Assembly: GCA_963725315.1 (NCBI GenBank)
Contig: CAVRYA010000002.1
Location: forward strand, 35,028 to 99,027
Source: an uncultured Actinomycetes bacterium
GTDB taxonomy: Bacteria; Actinomycetota; Thermoleophilia; Solirubrobacterales; 70-9
Reading direction: 5' to 3'
DNA: 64,000 nucleotides
Below the pieces are notes generated by a model. The model had not been told where the DNA came from. It did not search any database and saw only the letters and a list, made by a program, of their open reading frames with translations. The stretch's first letter is position 1. Each line of letters starts with the position of its first letter. Position numbers and translations under genes: made by a program. Shown here one piece after another: positions 27,231 to 35,877 of this stretch.

Positions 27231-29123
27231 TCAGTCGTCGAGGGCGACGGGCGCCGCCACGCCGCCGGGGCCCGTGACGATCGCCACGACCGTCTCGGAA
27301 AGATTGACCTCGTCGCCGGCGAGGATCAGCTGCTCGAGCGCATTCAGGGTCCGGTCGAGCCAGTCGGGATCGAGCGGCGTCTGACGAACGGTCCGCAGGA
27401 TTCTCTTCGACGCGGTCGGCTGGGAGCGTTCGCCGGCGCCGATCAGGACCTCGTGCAGCTTCTCGCCGGGCCTGGGGCCGGTGAATTCGACCGCGATGTC
27501 TCGCTCCGGCTCGTACCCGGCCAGCCGGATCATGTTGTGGGCGAGGTCCACTATCCGCACCGGGTCCCCCATGTCGAGCACGAACACCTCGCCCTTGCCG
27601 GCGCCGATGTCGCCGGCGCTGATCACCAGCTGGACCGCCTCGGGGATTGTCATGAAGTACCGGGTCATCTCGGGATGGGTGACGGTGACCGGGCCGCCGC
27701 GCTCGATCTGGCGGCGGAAGATCGGCACCACGCTGCCGGAGGAGGCGAGGACGTTGCCGAAACGAACGCTGCCGAAGCGGGTGTGGGGATGGCGGTGCCC
27801 GGCCGCTTCCACGATCCACTCGGCCATCGCCTTCGAAGCCCCCATCACGGTCTGCGGGTTGACCGCCTTGTCGGTGGAGACGAGGACGAAGCGCTCCACC
27901 TTCGAGGCCGCCGCGGTCTCCGCCGTGATCCTGGTCGCGACCGCGTTGTTGCGGACGGCCTCCAGCGGGTTGGACTCCATCAGCGGCACGTGCTTGTAGG
28001 CGGCCGCGTGGAAAACGACCGCGGGCTTGAAGCGCTCCATCACCTCGAGCATGCGGGCGGGCTCCTTGCAATCGGCGAGCACCGACTCGGCCCGGGTGAA
28101 GTGGCGCTCCTCGACCATCTCGCGATCGATCTGGAAGAGGTTGTCCTCGGCGTGGTCGAGCATGACCAGCAGACGGGGGCCGACCCGGGCGATCTGCCGG
28201 CAGAGCTCGGAGCCGATCGAGCCGCCGGCCCCGGTGACCATCACCACCCGGTCCTCGAGGTAGGCGCCGACCCGGTCCAGCTCGACCACGACGGGGTCGC
28301 GGCCGAGCACGTCCTCGACCTGGACCTCGCGCAGCTGGCGGTTGAGCTGGACCCCCCCGCGCAGCAGCTCGAACACAGTCGGCAGGGTGAGGACGCGGAT
28401 CTCGCGCTCGCGGCAGGCGGCGACGACCTTGGCCCTCAGCGTCCCCGGGGCAGAGGGGATCGCGATCGCGACCTCGTCCGGCTCCGTCTCGTCGAGGATC
28501 GCGTCGATCTCGTCGGTCGAGCCGAGCACCTTCAGCCCCAGCATCCTCATCCCGCGCTTGCGGGGATCGTCGTCGATGAAGCCGATCGCGGTCTTGCCGA
28601 GGTTGGGGTTGAGCTTCAGCTCGCGCACGACCATCTGCCCCCCGGAGCCGGCCCCGATCACCAGCACCTCCGGCCCGGTCGGTATCCGGGCCCCGCCCTC
28701 GGGGCGCTCGACCACGAGGCGGACCGCGAGCCTGGCGCCGAGCAGCAGCATCAGGGTGAGGATGAAGTCGGTTACGACGACCGAGCGCGGCAGGTTGTCC
28801 TCGAAGGGCTTGACGACGGTGAAGACGAGGACCATGACCAGGCTGGCGACGGCGACGGCGCGGAGGATCTCCGGGTAGTCGCGCGCGGTCACGTAGCGCC
28901 ACCACTTCTGGTAGAGGCCGAAGGCGAAGAAGATCGCCACCTTGCCGATCGCGACGAAGGCGACCGACTGGACGAGCAGGGTCGTGTAGCGCTCGGGGAT
29001 CCCGTCCGGGTCGTCGAGGAACCGCAGCTTGAAGGCGCAGGAGAAGGCGATCGCGACCAGCAGGGCGTCGGCCACCATCTGCATCGTCCGGCCGCGGTAG
29101 ACGGGGTGATTCAACCGGTGCAT
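27231..29123 (-). CDS. Membrane-bound nucleotide-sugar 4,6-dehydratase/epimerase (PglF/CapD/WbpM family)
   Basis: From ATG 29123, four N-terminal TM helices are followed by VLVIGAGSGGQMV, then the SDR core VMVTGAGGSIGSELCRQI...FHAAAYKHVPLME...STDKAVNPQTVMGASKAMAE...RFGNVLASSGSVVP. The 908-aa ORF-track version extends into the antisense of the DedA gene. Confidence 0.88.
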   Translation of the reverse strand: MHRLNHPVYRGRTMQMVADALLVAIAFSCAFKLRFLDDPDGIPERYTTLLVQSVAFVAIGKVAIFFAFGLYQKWWRYVTARDYPEILRAVAVASLVMVLVFTVVKPFEDNLPRSVVVTDFILTLMLLLGARLAVRLVVERPEGGARIPTGPEVLVIGAGSGGQMVVRELKLNPNLGKTAIGFIDDDPRKRGMRMLGLKVLGSTDEIDAILDETEPDEVAIAIPSAPGTLRAKVVAACREREIRVLTLPTVFELLRGGVQLNRQLREVQVEDVLGRDPVVVELDRVGAYLEDRVVMVTGAGGSIGSELCRQIARVGPRLLVMLDHAEDNLFQIDREMVEERHFTRAESVLADCKEPARMLEVMERFKPAVVFHAAAYKHVPLMESNPLEAVRNNAVATRITAETAAASKVERFVLVSTDKAVNPQTVMGASKAMAEWIVEAAGHRHPHTRFGSVRFGNVLASSGSVVPIFRRQIERGGPVTVTHPEMTRYFMTIPEAVQLVISAGDIGAGKGEVFVLDMGDPVRIVDLAHNMIRLAGYEPERDIAVEFTGPRPGEKLHEVLIGAGERSQPTASKRILRTVRQTPLDPDWLDRTLNALEQLILAGDEVNLSETVVAIVTGPGGVAAPVALDD

Positions 29124-29219
29124 GGGGCCGGCCGAGTGTAGAGCCTGAGACCGCGTCAGGCGCGGGATCGGGCACTGTGAAGGCGATCCTCCCCGGGCCG
29201 TATTCCCTAGGATCGTCGC

Positions 29220-29936
29220 GTGGTGAACGCATTCGCCCCAATCCTCGCCAGCATCACCGACAAGATCGTCGACCCGATCGTCAACGTGGCCACGGACTTC
29301 ATCAGTTCCACCGGGCTGCCCGCGGTCTTCGTCCTGATGACGCTCGAGTCGGCCTGCATCCCCGTGCCCAGCGAGGCGATCATGCTGTTCGCCGGCTTCA
29401 GCGTCTCCAACGGAGACCTCACCCTCACGGGGATCATCGTCGCCGGCGTCCTCGGCAACCTGGTCGGCTCCTGGATCGCCTACGCCGTCGGCTACTACGG
29501 CCGCCTCGAGCTTCTCGAGCGCCACCACGTCCTTCACATCAACCCCAAGCACCTGCGCTGGGCGGATCGCTGGTTCGAGCGCCACGGCGAGGCCACCGTC
29601 TTCTTCACCCGGATGCTGCCGATCATCCGCACCTTCATCTCCCTCCCGGCCGGCGTCGCCCGGATGCCGTTCTGGCGCTTCACCGCGTTCACCCTCGCGG
29701 GCTGCGTGCCCTGGGTGGTGATGCTGGCGATCGTCGGCCGCGAGGTCGGCGACAACTGGGAGAAGTGGCGGCACAACCTCGCCTACCTCGACTACCTGGT
29801 GCTGGTCGCCGCGGTCGGCCTGGTCGTCTACCTGATCCTCAGGCGGCGGCGCGGCGGGGGGCCCGGCGACGGCGAGGCGGTCGAGACCCCGAGCGAGGAC
29901 GAGGCGGCCGAGCCGGCGAGCGCCGGCGGCGCTTGA
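29220..29936 (+). CDS. DedA-family membrane protein
   Basis: Intact 238-aa ORF with a GTG start. ESACIPVPSEAIMLFAGF...GNLVGSWIAYAVGYYGR...ATVFFTRMLPIIRTFISLPAGVARMPFWRFTAFTLAGCVPW are the SNARE-associated/DedA signature re-entrant regions. Confidence 0.88.
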   Translation: MVNAFAPILASITDKIVDPIVNVATDFISSTGLPAVFVLMTLESACIPVPSEAIMLFAGFSVSNGDLTLTGIIVAGVLGNLVGSWIAYAVGYYGRLELLERHHVLHINPKHLRWADRWFERHGEATVFFTRMLPIIRTFISLPAGVARMPFWRFTAFTLAGCVPWVVMLAIVGREVGDNWEKWRHNLAYLDYLVLVAAVGLVVYLILRRRRGGGPGDGEAVETPSEDEAAEPASAGGA

Positions 29937-30806
29937 TCGAGGCACCCGGAGCCGCAATTCCCGCGCGCCGCGCCGCCGCGCTGGGGATCGTCCAGGGCCC
30001 GGCGGAGCTGCTGCCGGTCTCCAGCTCGGCTCACATCGTCCTGGTGCCGTGGCTCGCCGGATGGGACTGGGAGCGCCTCGACCCCGAGGTGCGGAAGAGC
30101 TTCGAGGTCGCGCTCCACGCCGGAGCGGCGGCCGCGCTGCTGATCGGCCAGCGCCGGGTGATCGCCGAGGAGCTGCGGGCGTTCGACCGCCGCCGGGCCT
30201 CCGTGTTGGTCCTCTCCTTCCTCCCCGCGGCGATCGCCGGTTTCCTCTGGGAGCGCCCGATCGAGAGCCGGCTCGGGGGGCCGCGGGCGACCGCTGCGGG
30301 GCTGATCGCCGGAGCTGCGCTGATGCTCGCCGCCGACACCAGGCCGCAGCGGCGCGGGCGCGGGGAGGCCGGGCTCGCGGACGGCATCGCCCTCGGCATC
30401 GCCCAGGCGGCGGCGCTTGCTCCCGGCGTCTCGCGCAACGGCGCCACCCTGGCGGCGGCGCGGTGGCGGGAGTTCTCCCGCGATCAGGCGAACCTGCTCT
30501 CGCGCACGGTTGCCCTGCCGATCATCGTCGGCGCCACGGCGCTGAAGGGCCGCCGGCTGGCATCCCGCGGCGTCCCCGCCGGCCTTCGCCGCTCACTCGG
30601 GGTCGGCGTCGGCGCCGTCCTTCGCCTCGACCCTCGCCTCGCAGGGGCTGATCCGCCTGGTCGAGCGCGACCGGGCGCTGTGGCCCTACGCCGCCTACCG
30701 CCTCGGCCTGGCCGCCCTCGTCCTGCACCGCCTGCGAGCGCGGCGACCGGCGGCTGATGTTGAATCGGCGCCGATGGCCGCGACGATCCAGGCCACCACA
30801 CCGTGA
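29933..30806 (+). pseudogene. uppP: Undecaprenyl-diphosphate phosphatase (BacA/UppP), one frame switch near the 3' end as assembled
   Basis: TTG 29933 overlaps the DedA stop as TTGA. ALGIVQGPAELLPVSSSAHIVLVPWLAGW...FEVALHAGAAAALL...GIAQAAALAPGVSRNGATLAAA is canonical UppP. After about 30620 the conserved tail FASTLASQGLIRLVERDRALWPYAAYRLGLAALVL continues in the +1 frame to TGA 30804-30806. Total length is 874 nt. Confidence 0.8.
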
Positions 30807-31810
30807 GCGGGGACGCCTACTCGCGGGCCGGCGTGGACCAGGGCACCGCGGACGCGGCCGTCGGGCGCCTGGTCGCGGCGCTGAGCGCGGGAAGGCGTTC
30901 TGAGGGCTCGCGCCAGGTCCCGCTCCCGGGCCACTACGCGAGCGTGATCAGGCTCGACGAGCGGACCGGGATCGCCCTCTCGACCGACGGTGTCGGGACC
31001 AAGCTGCTGATTGCCGAGCAGCTCGGCCGCTTCGACACGGTCGGCATCGACTGCATCGCGATGAACGTCAACGACGTGATCTGCGTCGGCGCCGAGCCGC
31101 TGGCGATGCTCGACTACGTCGCCGTGGACCGCGCCGACCCCGACGTCTGCGAGGAGGTCGGCCGCGGGCTGGCCCGCGGCGCGGAGCTGGCCGGGATCGA
31201 GATCCCGGGGGGCGAGCTGGCGCAGCTCGGGGAGATGATCTCCGGCCTCGACCTGGTTGGGGCGTGCTTCGGCCTGGTCGAGCTCGGCTCGATCGTCGAC
31301 GGCTCGGCGATCGAGGTCGGCGACCCGGTGATCGGCCTGCCCTCCTCCGGGCTCCACTCCAACGGCTACACCCTGGCGCGGCGGGCGCTGGAGGGGGTCC
31401 CGCTGAGCGATGAACGGCTCGGCAGACCCCTGGGAGAGGTGCTGCTCGAGCCGACCGAGATCTACGTCGAGCCGGTGCTGGAGCTGCTGCGCGCGGAGGT
31501 GGAAGTGCGCGGCCTCGCCCACATCACCTCGGGCGGGCTCGGCAACCTGCTGCGCCTGCGCGCCGAGGTCGGCTACGAGATCGACGACCCGCTCGAGCCG
31601 CAGCCGGTGTTCGAGCTGATCCGCGAGCTGGGCTCGGTGCCGGAGGAGGAGATGTACGAGGTCTTCAACATGGGCTGCGGCTTCTGCTGCGTGGTGTCGG
31701 CGGGCGACGAGGAGCGGACGCTGGAGTTGCTGCGCGCCCACCACCCGGCCGCCAAGACGATCGGCCACGCCGACGAGCGCGCCGGCAGGGTGCTGAGGCG
31801 GCCCGGGTAG
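30803..31810 (+). CDS. purM: Phosphoribosylformylglycinamidine cyclo-ligase (AIR synthetase)
   Basis: Intact 335-aa ORF with a GTGA overlap with uppP. LSTDGVGTKLLIAEQLGRFDTVGIDCIAMNVNDVICVGAEPLAMLDYVAV...IPGGELAQL...GLPSSGLHSNGYTLARR are PurM/AIRS blocks. Confidence 0.85.
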   Translation: MSGDAYSRAGVDQGTADAAVGRLVAALSAGRRSEGSRQVPLPGHYASVIRLDERTGIALSTDGVGTKLLIAEQLGRFDTVGIDCIAMNVNDVICVGAEPLAMLDYVAVDRADPDVCEEVGRGLARGAELAGIEIPGGELAQLGEMISGLDLVGACFGLVELGSIVDGSAIEVGDPVIGLPSSGLHSNGYTLARRALEGVPLSDERLGRPLGEVLLEPTEIYVEPVLELLRAEVEVRGLAHITSGGLGNLLRLRAEVGYEIDDPLEPQPVFELIRELGSVPEEEMYEVFNMGCGFCCVVSAGDEERTLELLRAHHPAAKTIGHADERAGRVLRRPG

Positions 31811-31821
31811 GATCCGCTCGC

Positions 31822-32487
31822 GTGCAGACCGCGATCCTGATCTTCGACGGCCTCACGGTGCTCGACGCGATTGGCCCCTACGAGGTCCTGCGCTCGGTGC
31901 CGGGCTGGGAAGTCAGCTTCGTCGCGCCCGAGCCCGGTGAGCAGCGGGCCGACAGCGGCGCCCTGGGGCTGGTCGCCGACCATGGCCTGGACGACGTGAC
32001 CGAGCCCGATGCGGTGCTGGTCGGCGGCGGCGCCGGAAACCGGGCGCTGATGGAGGACGAGGCGGTGCTCGAGTGGCTGCGCGCCGCTTCCGCCGGCAGC
32101 CGCTGGACGACCTCGGTCTGCACCGGCTCGCTCGTCCTCGGGGCCGCCGGTCTGCTCGAGGGCAAGCGGGCCACCAGCCACTGGCTCTACCTCGATCGCC
32201 TCCGCGAGTTCGGGGCCGAGCCGAGTGCTGAGCGGGTGGTCGAGGACGGCAAGCTGATCACCGCCGCCGGGGTCTCGGCCGGGATCGACATGGCCCTGCG
32301 GCTGGTCGAGCGCGAGCTCGGAGCGGAGGCTGCGCAGGCGATCCAGCTCGCGATCGAGTACGACCCGCAGCCGCCCTTCGACTCCGGCTCCCCGGCGAAG
32401 GCGCCGCAGGCCGTCGTCGACGCGGTCAGCGCCGCCTTCGCGGCCAACGACGACTGGCTCGCCGGCCGCGCGGGCGGCGGCGCCTAG
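31822..32487 (+). CDS. DJ-1/PfpI-family protein (class-I glutamine-amidotransferase-like fold)
   Basis: Intact 221-aa ORF. AILIFDGLTVLDAIGPYEVL...DAVLVGGG...TSVCTGSLVLGAAGLLEGKRATSHW contains the nucleophile-elbow Cys. Confidence 0.82.
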   Translation: MQTAILIFDGLTVLDAIGPYEVLRSVPGWEVSFVAPEPGEQRADSGALGLVADHGLDDVTEPDAVLVGGGAGNRALMEDEAVLEWLRAASAGSRWTTSVCTGSLVLGAAGLLEGKRATSHWLYLDRLREFGAEPSAERVVEDGKLITAAGVSAGIDMALRLVERELGAEAAQAIQLAIEYDPQPPFDSGSPAKAPQAVVDAVSAAFAANDDWLAGRAGGGA

Positions 32488-32500
32488 GCCCGGACGCCTC

Positions 32501-33379
32501 TCAGGCCTTCTCCCAGATCGTCCCGGTCAGGGCGCGGACCGGTCGCAGCTTCCACTCCTTGGCCAGGCTCCAGAGCTCGGCGCAGACCACCGGGCTGGGG
32601 CTCGAGCTAAGGACCTCCGCCTCCTTGGTGGTGATGCGGCCGAAGCGCTCGACCGCGTCGAGCGGCGCCAGCGGGCCCTCGTTGACGAGCCTGGCGCCGG
32701 CGGCCAGCGCCGCCTCGCGATAGTCCTCCAGCGGCTTCCAGCCCCAGACCGCGTGGCGGGCGCCGTCGGCGCCGATGAACACCGCCGAGGGCATGCTGAC
32801 CCGCTCGTGTCCCTCGGTGCGGCGGACCTTCCCCTCCGTCCGCGCCTGCTCGGGTACGTCGCGGACCTCATCGAGGTCTGCGCCGAACGCCTCGACGATC
32901 GCGTGCGAGCCCAGGTCGAGCCGGAAGCGCTCGCTGTCGAGTCCCGCCGGGCCGGCCTCCGCGGCGAGCGCGTCGGCGTGGTCGAGCTTGCGGCGCTCGA
33001 TGAAGATCCCCTCCCGCACCCTGCGCAGATAGCGGTAGGCCGGCCCGGAGCCCTGCTCGCAGGCGGCCTTCACCGCCATGCAGGCCGGGTAGGTGCTGGA
33101 CAGCGGGTTCTCGGTCCAGATCCTCGGGTCCGACGGCATCTCGGTCTCGCCCCCGACGTTCAGCCAGTGGGACATCAGGTCCGCGAAACAGCTCGGTCCG
33201 GAGCCGATCGAGCCCTCGTCGTCGCGGTAGTCCTCCCCGTAGCGGCGGGCGAGGCCGCCCATCACCCAGCGGAACTCCAGCTCGCCTTCGAACTCCCAGA
33301 TCAGCCTGCGAAGCTTGGGCTCTGCGCCCCACGACCACGAGCAGGCAGGATCTGTGTAGTAGCGAACCTCAATCGACAC
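32501..33379 (-). CDS. DsbA-like thioredoxin-fold protein
   Basis: Intact 292-aa ORF. The N-terminus IEVRYYTDPACSWSWGAEPKLRRLIWEF is the C-x-x-W/C site context of the DSBA-like family, followed by a long helical insertion and a C-terminal extension. Confidence 0.65.
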   Translation of the reverse strand: MSIEVRYYTDPACSWSWGAEPKLRRLIWEFEGELEFRWVMGGLARRYGEDYRDDEGSIGSGPSCFADLMSHWLNVGGETEMPSDPRIWTENPLSSTYPACMAVKAACEQGSGPAYRYLRRVREGIFIERRKLDHADALAAEAGPAGLDSERFRLDLGSHAIVEAFGADLDEVRDVPEQARTEGKVRRTEGHERVSMPSAVFIGADGARHAVWGWKPLEDYREAALAAGARLVNEGPLAPLDAVERFGRITTKEAEVLSSSPSPVVCAELWSLAKEWKLRPVRALTGTIWEKA

Positions 33380-33405
33380 GGGGCGCTGACAATATCCCCA
33401 CGTAG

Positions 33406-34912
33406 ATGAACGCAGGCTCGACCTCAGCCCAGATGATCGGAACGGTCCTCTCGGACCGCTACCGGCTCGAGGCGAAGCTGGGCAGCGGCGGGATGTCGAC
33501 CGTCTACCTGGCTCGCGACGAGACCCTCGACCGCCCCGTCGCGGTCAAGGTCATGCACCGGGAGATGTCCGAGCAGGCCGACCAGCTGCAGCGCTTCCGC
33601 CAGGAGGCGCGGGCGGTGGCGAAGATCTCGCACCCCAACGTGGTTGCCGTGATCGACGCCGGCGAGGACCGCGGTCACCCCTACATCGTCTTCGAGTACG
33701 TCGAGGGGGAGACGCTGAAGCAGCGGATCGCCCGGGTCGGGGCGCTCGACGTCCAGGAGGCGCTCGCCTACTCGATCGAGATCGCCCGCGCCCTGGCCCT
33801 CGCCCACGCCCGCCAGCTCGTCCACCGCGACATCAAGCCCCAGAACGTGCTGATCGACTCCGAGGGCCGGGCGAAGCTGACCGACTTCGGGATCTCCCGC
33901 CAGCTCGAGCAGGCCGGAATGACCGCGACCGGCCGGGTGCTGGGGACGACCGACTACGTCGCCCCCGAGCAGGCGATGGGCCATGGCGCCGACCCGCGCT
34001 CCGACATCTACTCGCTCGGCGTCGTCCTCTACGAGATGCTGACCGGCGAGGTTCCGTTCAGCGCCGACAGCCAGGTCGGCGTGGCGATGAAGCACGTCAA
34101 CGAGGAGCTTCCCGACGTGCAGCGGCGCCGCCCGGGGATCTCGGCGGCGGCGGCGCTGGTGGTCGAGAGGGCGACCTTCAAGGCGCCCGAGCGCCGCTAC
34201 CAGCACGTCGACGAGATGATCGCCGACCTCGAGACCGCACTCGAGGTGGAGGCGGCCAGGGCCGGCTCGACCAGCGGCGAGGCGACCAGCGTGCTCGACG
34301 CGGTGCCGCCGCCGAGGCGCAGGCTGGCGCGCGGGTTTCGCTGGTCGTGGTCCGGGTTCGCGCTGCTGCTCGTCGCTGGCGGCGGTGGTGCTGGCGCTCG
34401 TCTACGGGATCTCCAGCGGCTGGTTCGGAGGCGGCGGGGCCGGCGCCGGCGGGCGCGCCGGCGGGGGCGAGAACCCGGTCAAGATCAGCTCGGCAACCGA
34501 TTTCGACCCCAGCGGCGACGGCGAGGAGCACTCCGACGAGGTCGGCCTCGCGACCGACGGCAACCCGACCGGGACGGCTTGGACCACGGAGAACTACGAG
34601 CAGCCGGACTTCGGCAAGGATGGAGTCGGCCTCTATCTCGACGCGGGAGACCCCGTCGCGGCGAGCTCGCTGGAGTTGCGTACCCCCGACCCGGGCTGGA
34701 GATTTCGCGTCTACGCCGCCAACAGCCCCCCGCCCGACTCGCTATCGGGGTGGACGCCCGTCAGCGGTGAGGAGACGGCCGAAGGTCGAACCCAGGTCGC
34801 ACTCGACACCTCCGGGAGGTCGTACCGCTACTACCTGATCTGGGCGACATCGCCGGCCGAGACGAGCGACGGCTACGGCGCCTCGATCAGCGACGCGCGC
34901 CTGTTCGACTAG
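33406..34912 (+). pseudogene. Ser/Thr protein kinase with one TM and an extracellular discoidin-like (F5/8-type-C-like) domain, one frame switch as assembled
   Basis: The Hanks kinase domain is present (GSGGMSTVYLA, VAVKV, HRDIKPQNVLI, DFGISR, YVAPEQ). The frame-1 ORF loses sense in the TM after FALLLVA. Frame 2 continues VVLALVYGISSG...DGNPTGTAWTTENYEQPDFGKDGVGLYLDAG...YYLIWATS to TAG 34910-34912. The switch is near 34375. Confidence 0.8.
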
Positions 34913-35877
34913 AACTCGAAGCTGCGGGCGGCGCGATGGCGCTCCAGCGCCAGCTCGATCAGGCGCTCGACGAGGCGCGGGTAGGGGATGCCGCTCGCCT
35001 CGAAGAGCTTCGCGTAGACGCTGGTCTCGGTGAATCCGGGAATCGTGTTGATCTCGTTGACCAGGACCTCGCCGTCGGGCTCGACGAAGAAGTCGCAGCG
35101 GGCGAGGCCGGTGCAGCCGGCGAGGGCGAAGACCCGGGCGGCCAGCTCCCTGACCCTTGCCAGCGTCTGCTCGCCGACCGGCGCGGGGACGACAAGCTCC
35201 ATCCCGCCCTCGGAGTACTTGGCCTCGAAGTCGTACCAGTCGGCGTGGGCGACGATCTCCCCCGGCTGCGAGATCTCCAGCGCCTCGTTGCCGAGCACCG
35301 AGCACTCGACCTCGCGGCCGTGCGCGGAGGCTTCGACGATCACCCGGGGGTCGTGGCGGGCGGCCAGCTTGACGGCCTCGTCCAGGCCCGCCTCGGGCGA
35401 GGTCACCTTGCTGATCCCGACGCTGGAGCCGAGCCGCGAGGGCTTCACCCAGAGCGGCAGGCCCATAGAGGTGGCCCGCTCGCGCCAGCCCTCCTCGCCT
35501 GCCTGGACGAAATCGACCTGGGGGACGCCGCGCTCCGCGAAGAGGCGCTTCAGGGTCAGCTTGTCCATGCAGAGGGCCGAGGAGAGGACGTCGCAGCCGA
35601 CGTAGGGGACGTCGAGGCACTCCAGCAGTCCCTGGACCGAGCCGTCCTCCCCGAACGGCCCGTGGAGGACCGGGAAGGCCACCTCGACCCCGAGCAGGCC
35701 CGCGCCCGGGACCAGCTCGACCGGCTCTGCGCCGGCGCTCCAAGCGCCCTGGCGGGAGATCAGCACCTCGATCACCTCGTGGCCGGCCTCGAGAAGCCCC
35801 GCGGCGACCGAGGCGCCCGAGCGCAGCGAGACGTCGTGCTCGCTCGACCGGCCGCCCGACAGGACCGCGACCCTCAT
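34909..35877 (-). CDS. ddl: D-alanine--D-alanine ligase
   Basis: Intact 322-aa ORF. MRVAVLSGGRSSEHDVSLRSG...FPVLHGPFGEDGSVQGLLE...WVKPSRLGSSVGISKV...EVNTIPGFT are Ddl signature blocks. Confidence 0.92.
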   Translation of the reverse strand: MRVAVLSGGRSSEHDVSLRSGASVAAGLLEAGHEVIEVLISRQGAWSAGAEPVELVPGAGLLGVEVAFPVLHGPFGEDGSVQGLLECLDVPYVGCDVLSSALCMDKLTLKRLFAERGVPQVDFVQAGEEGWRERATSMGLPLWVKPSRLGSSVGISKVTSPEAGLDEAVKLAARHDPRVIVEASAHGREVECSVLGNEALEISQPGEIVAHADWYDFEAKYSEGGMELVVPAPVGEQTLARVRELAARVFALAGCTGLARCDFFVEPDGEVLVNEINTIPGFTETSVYAKLFEASGIPYPRLVERLIELALERHRAARSFEF

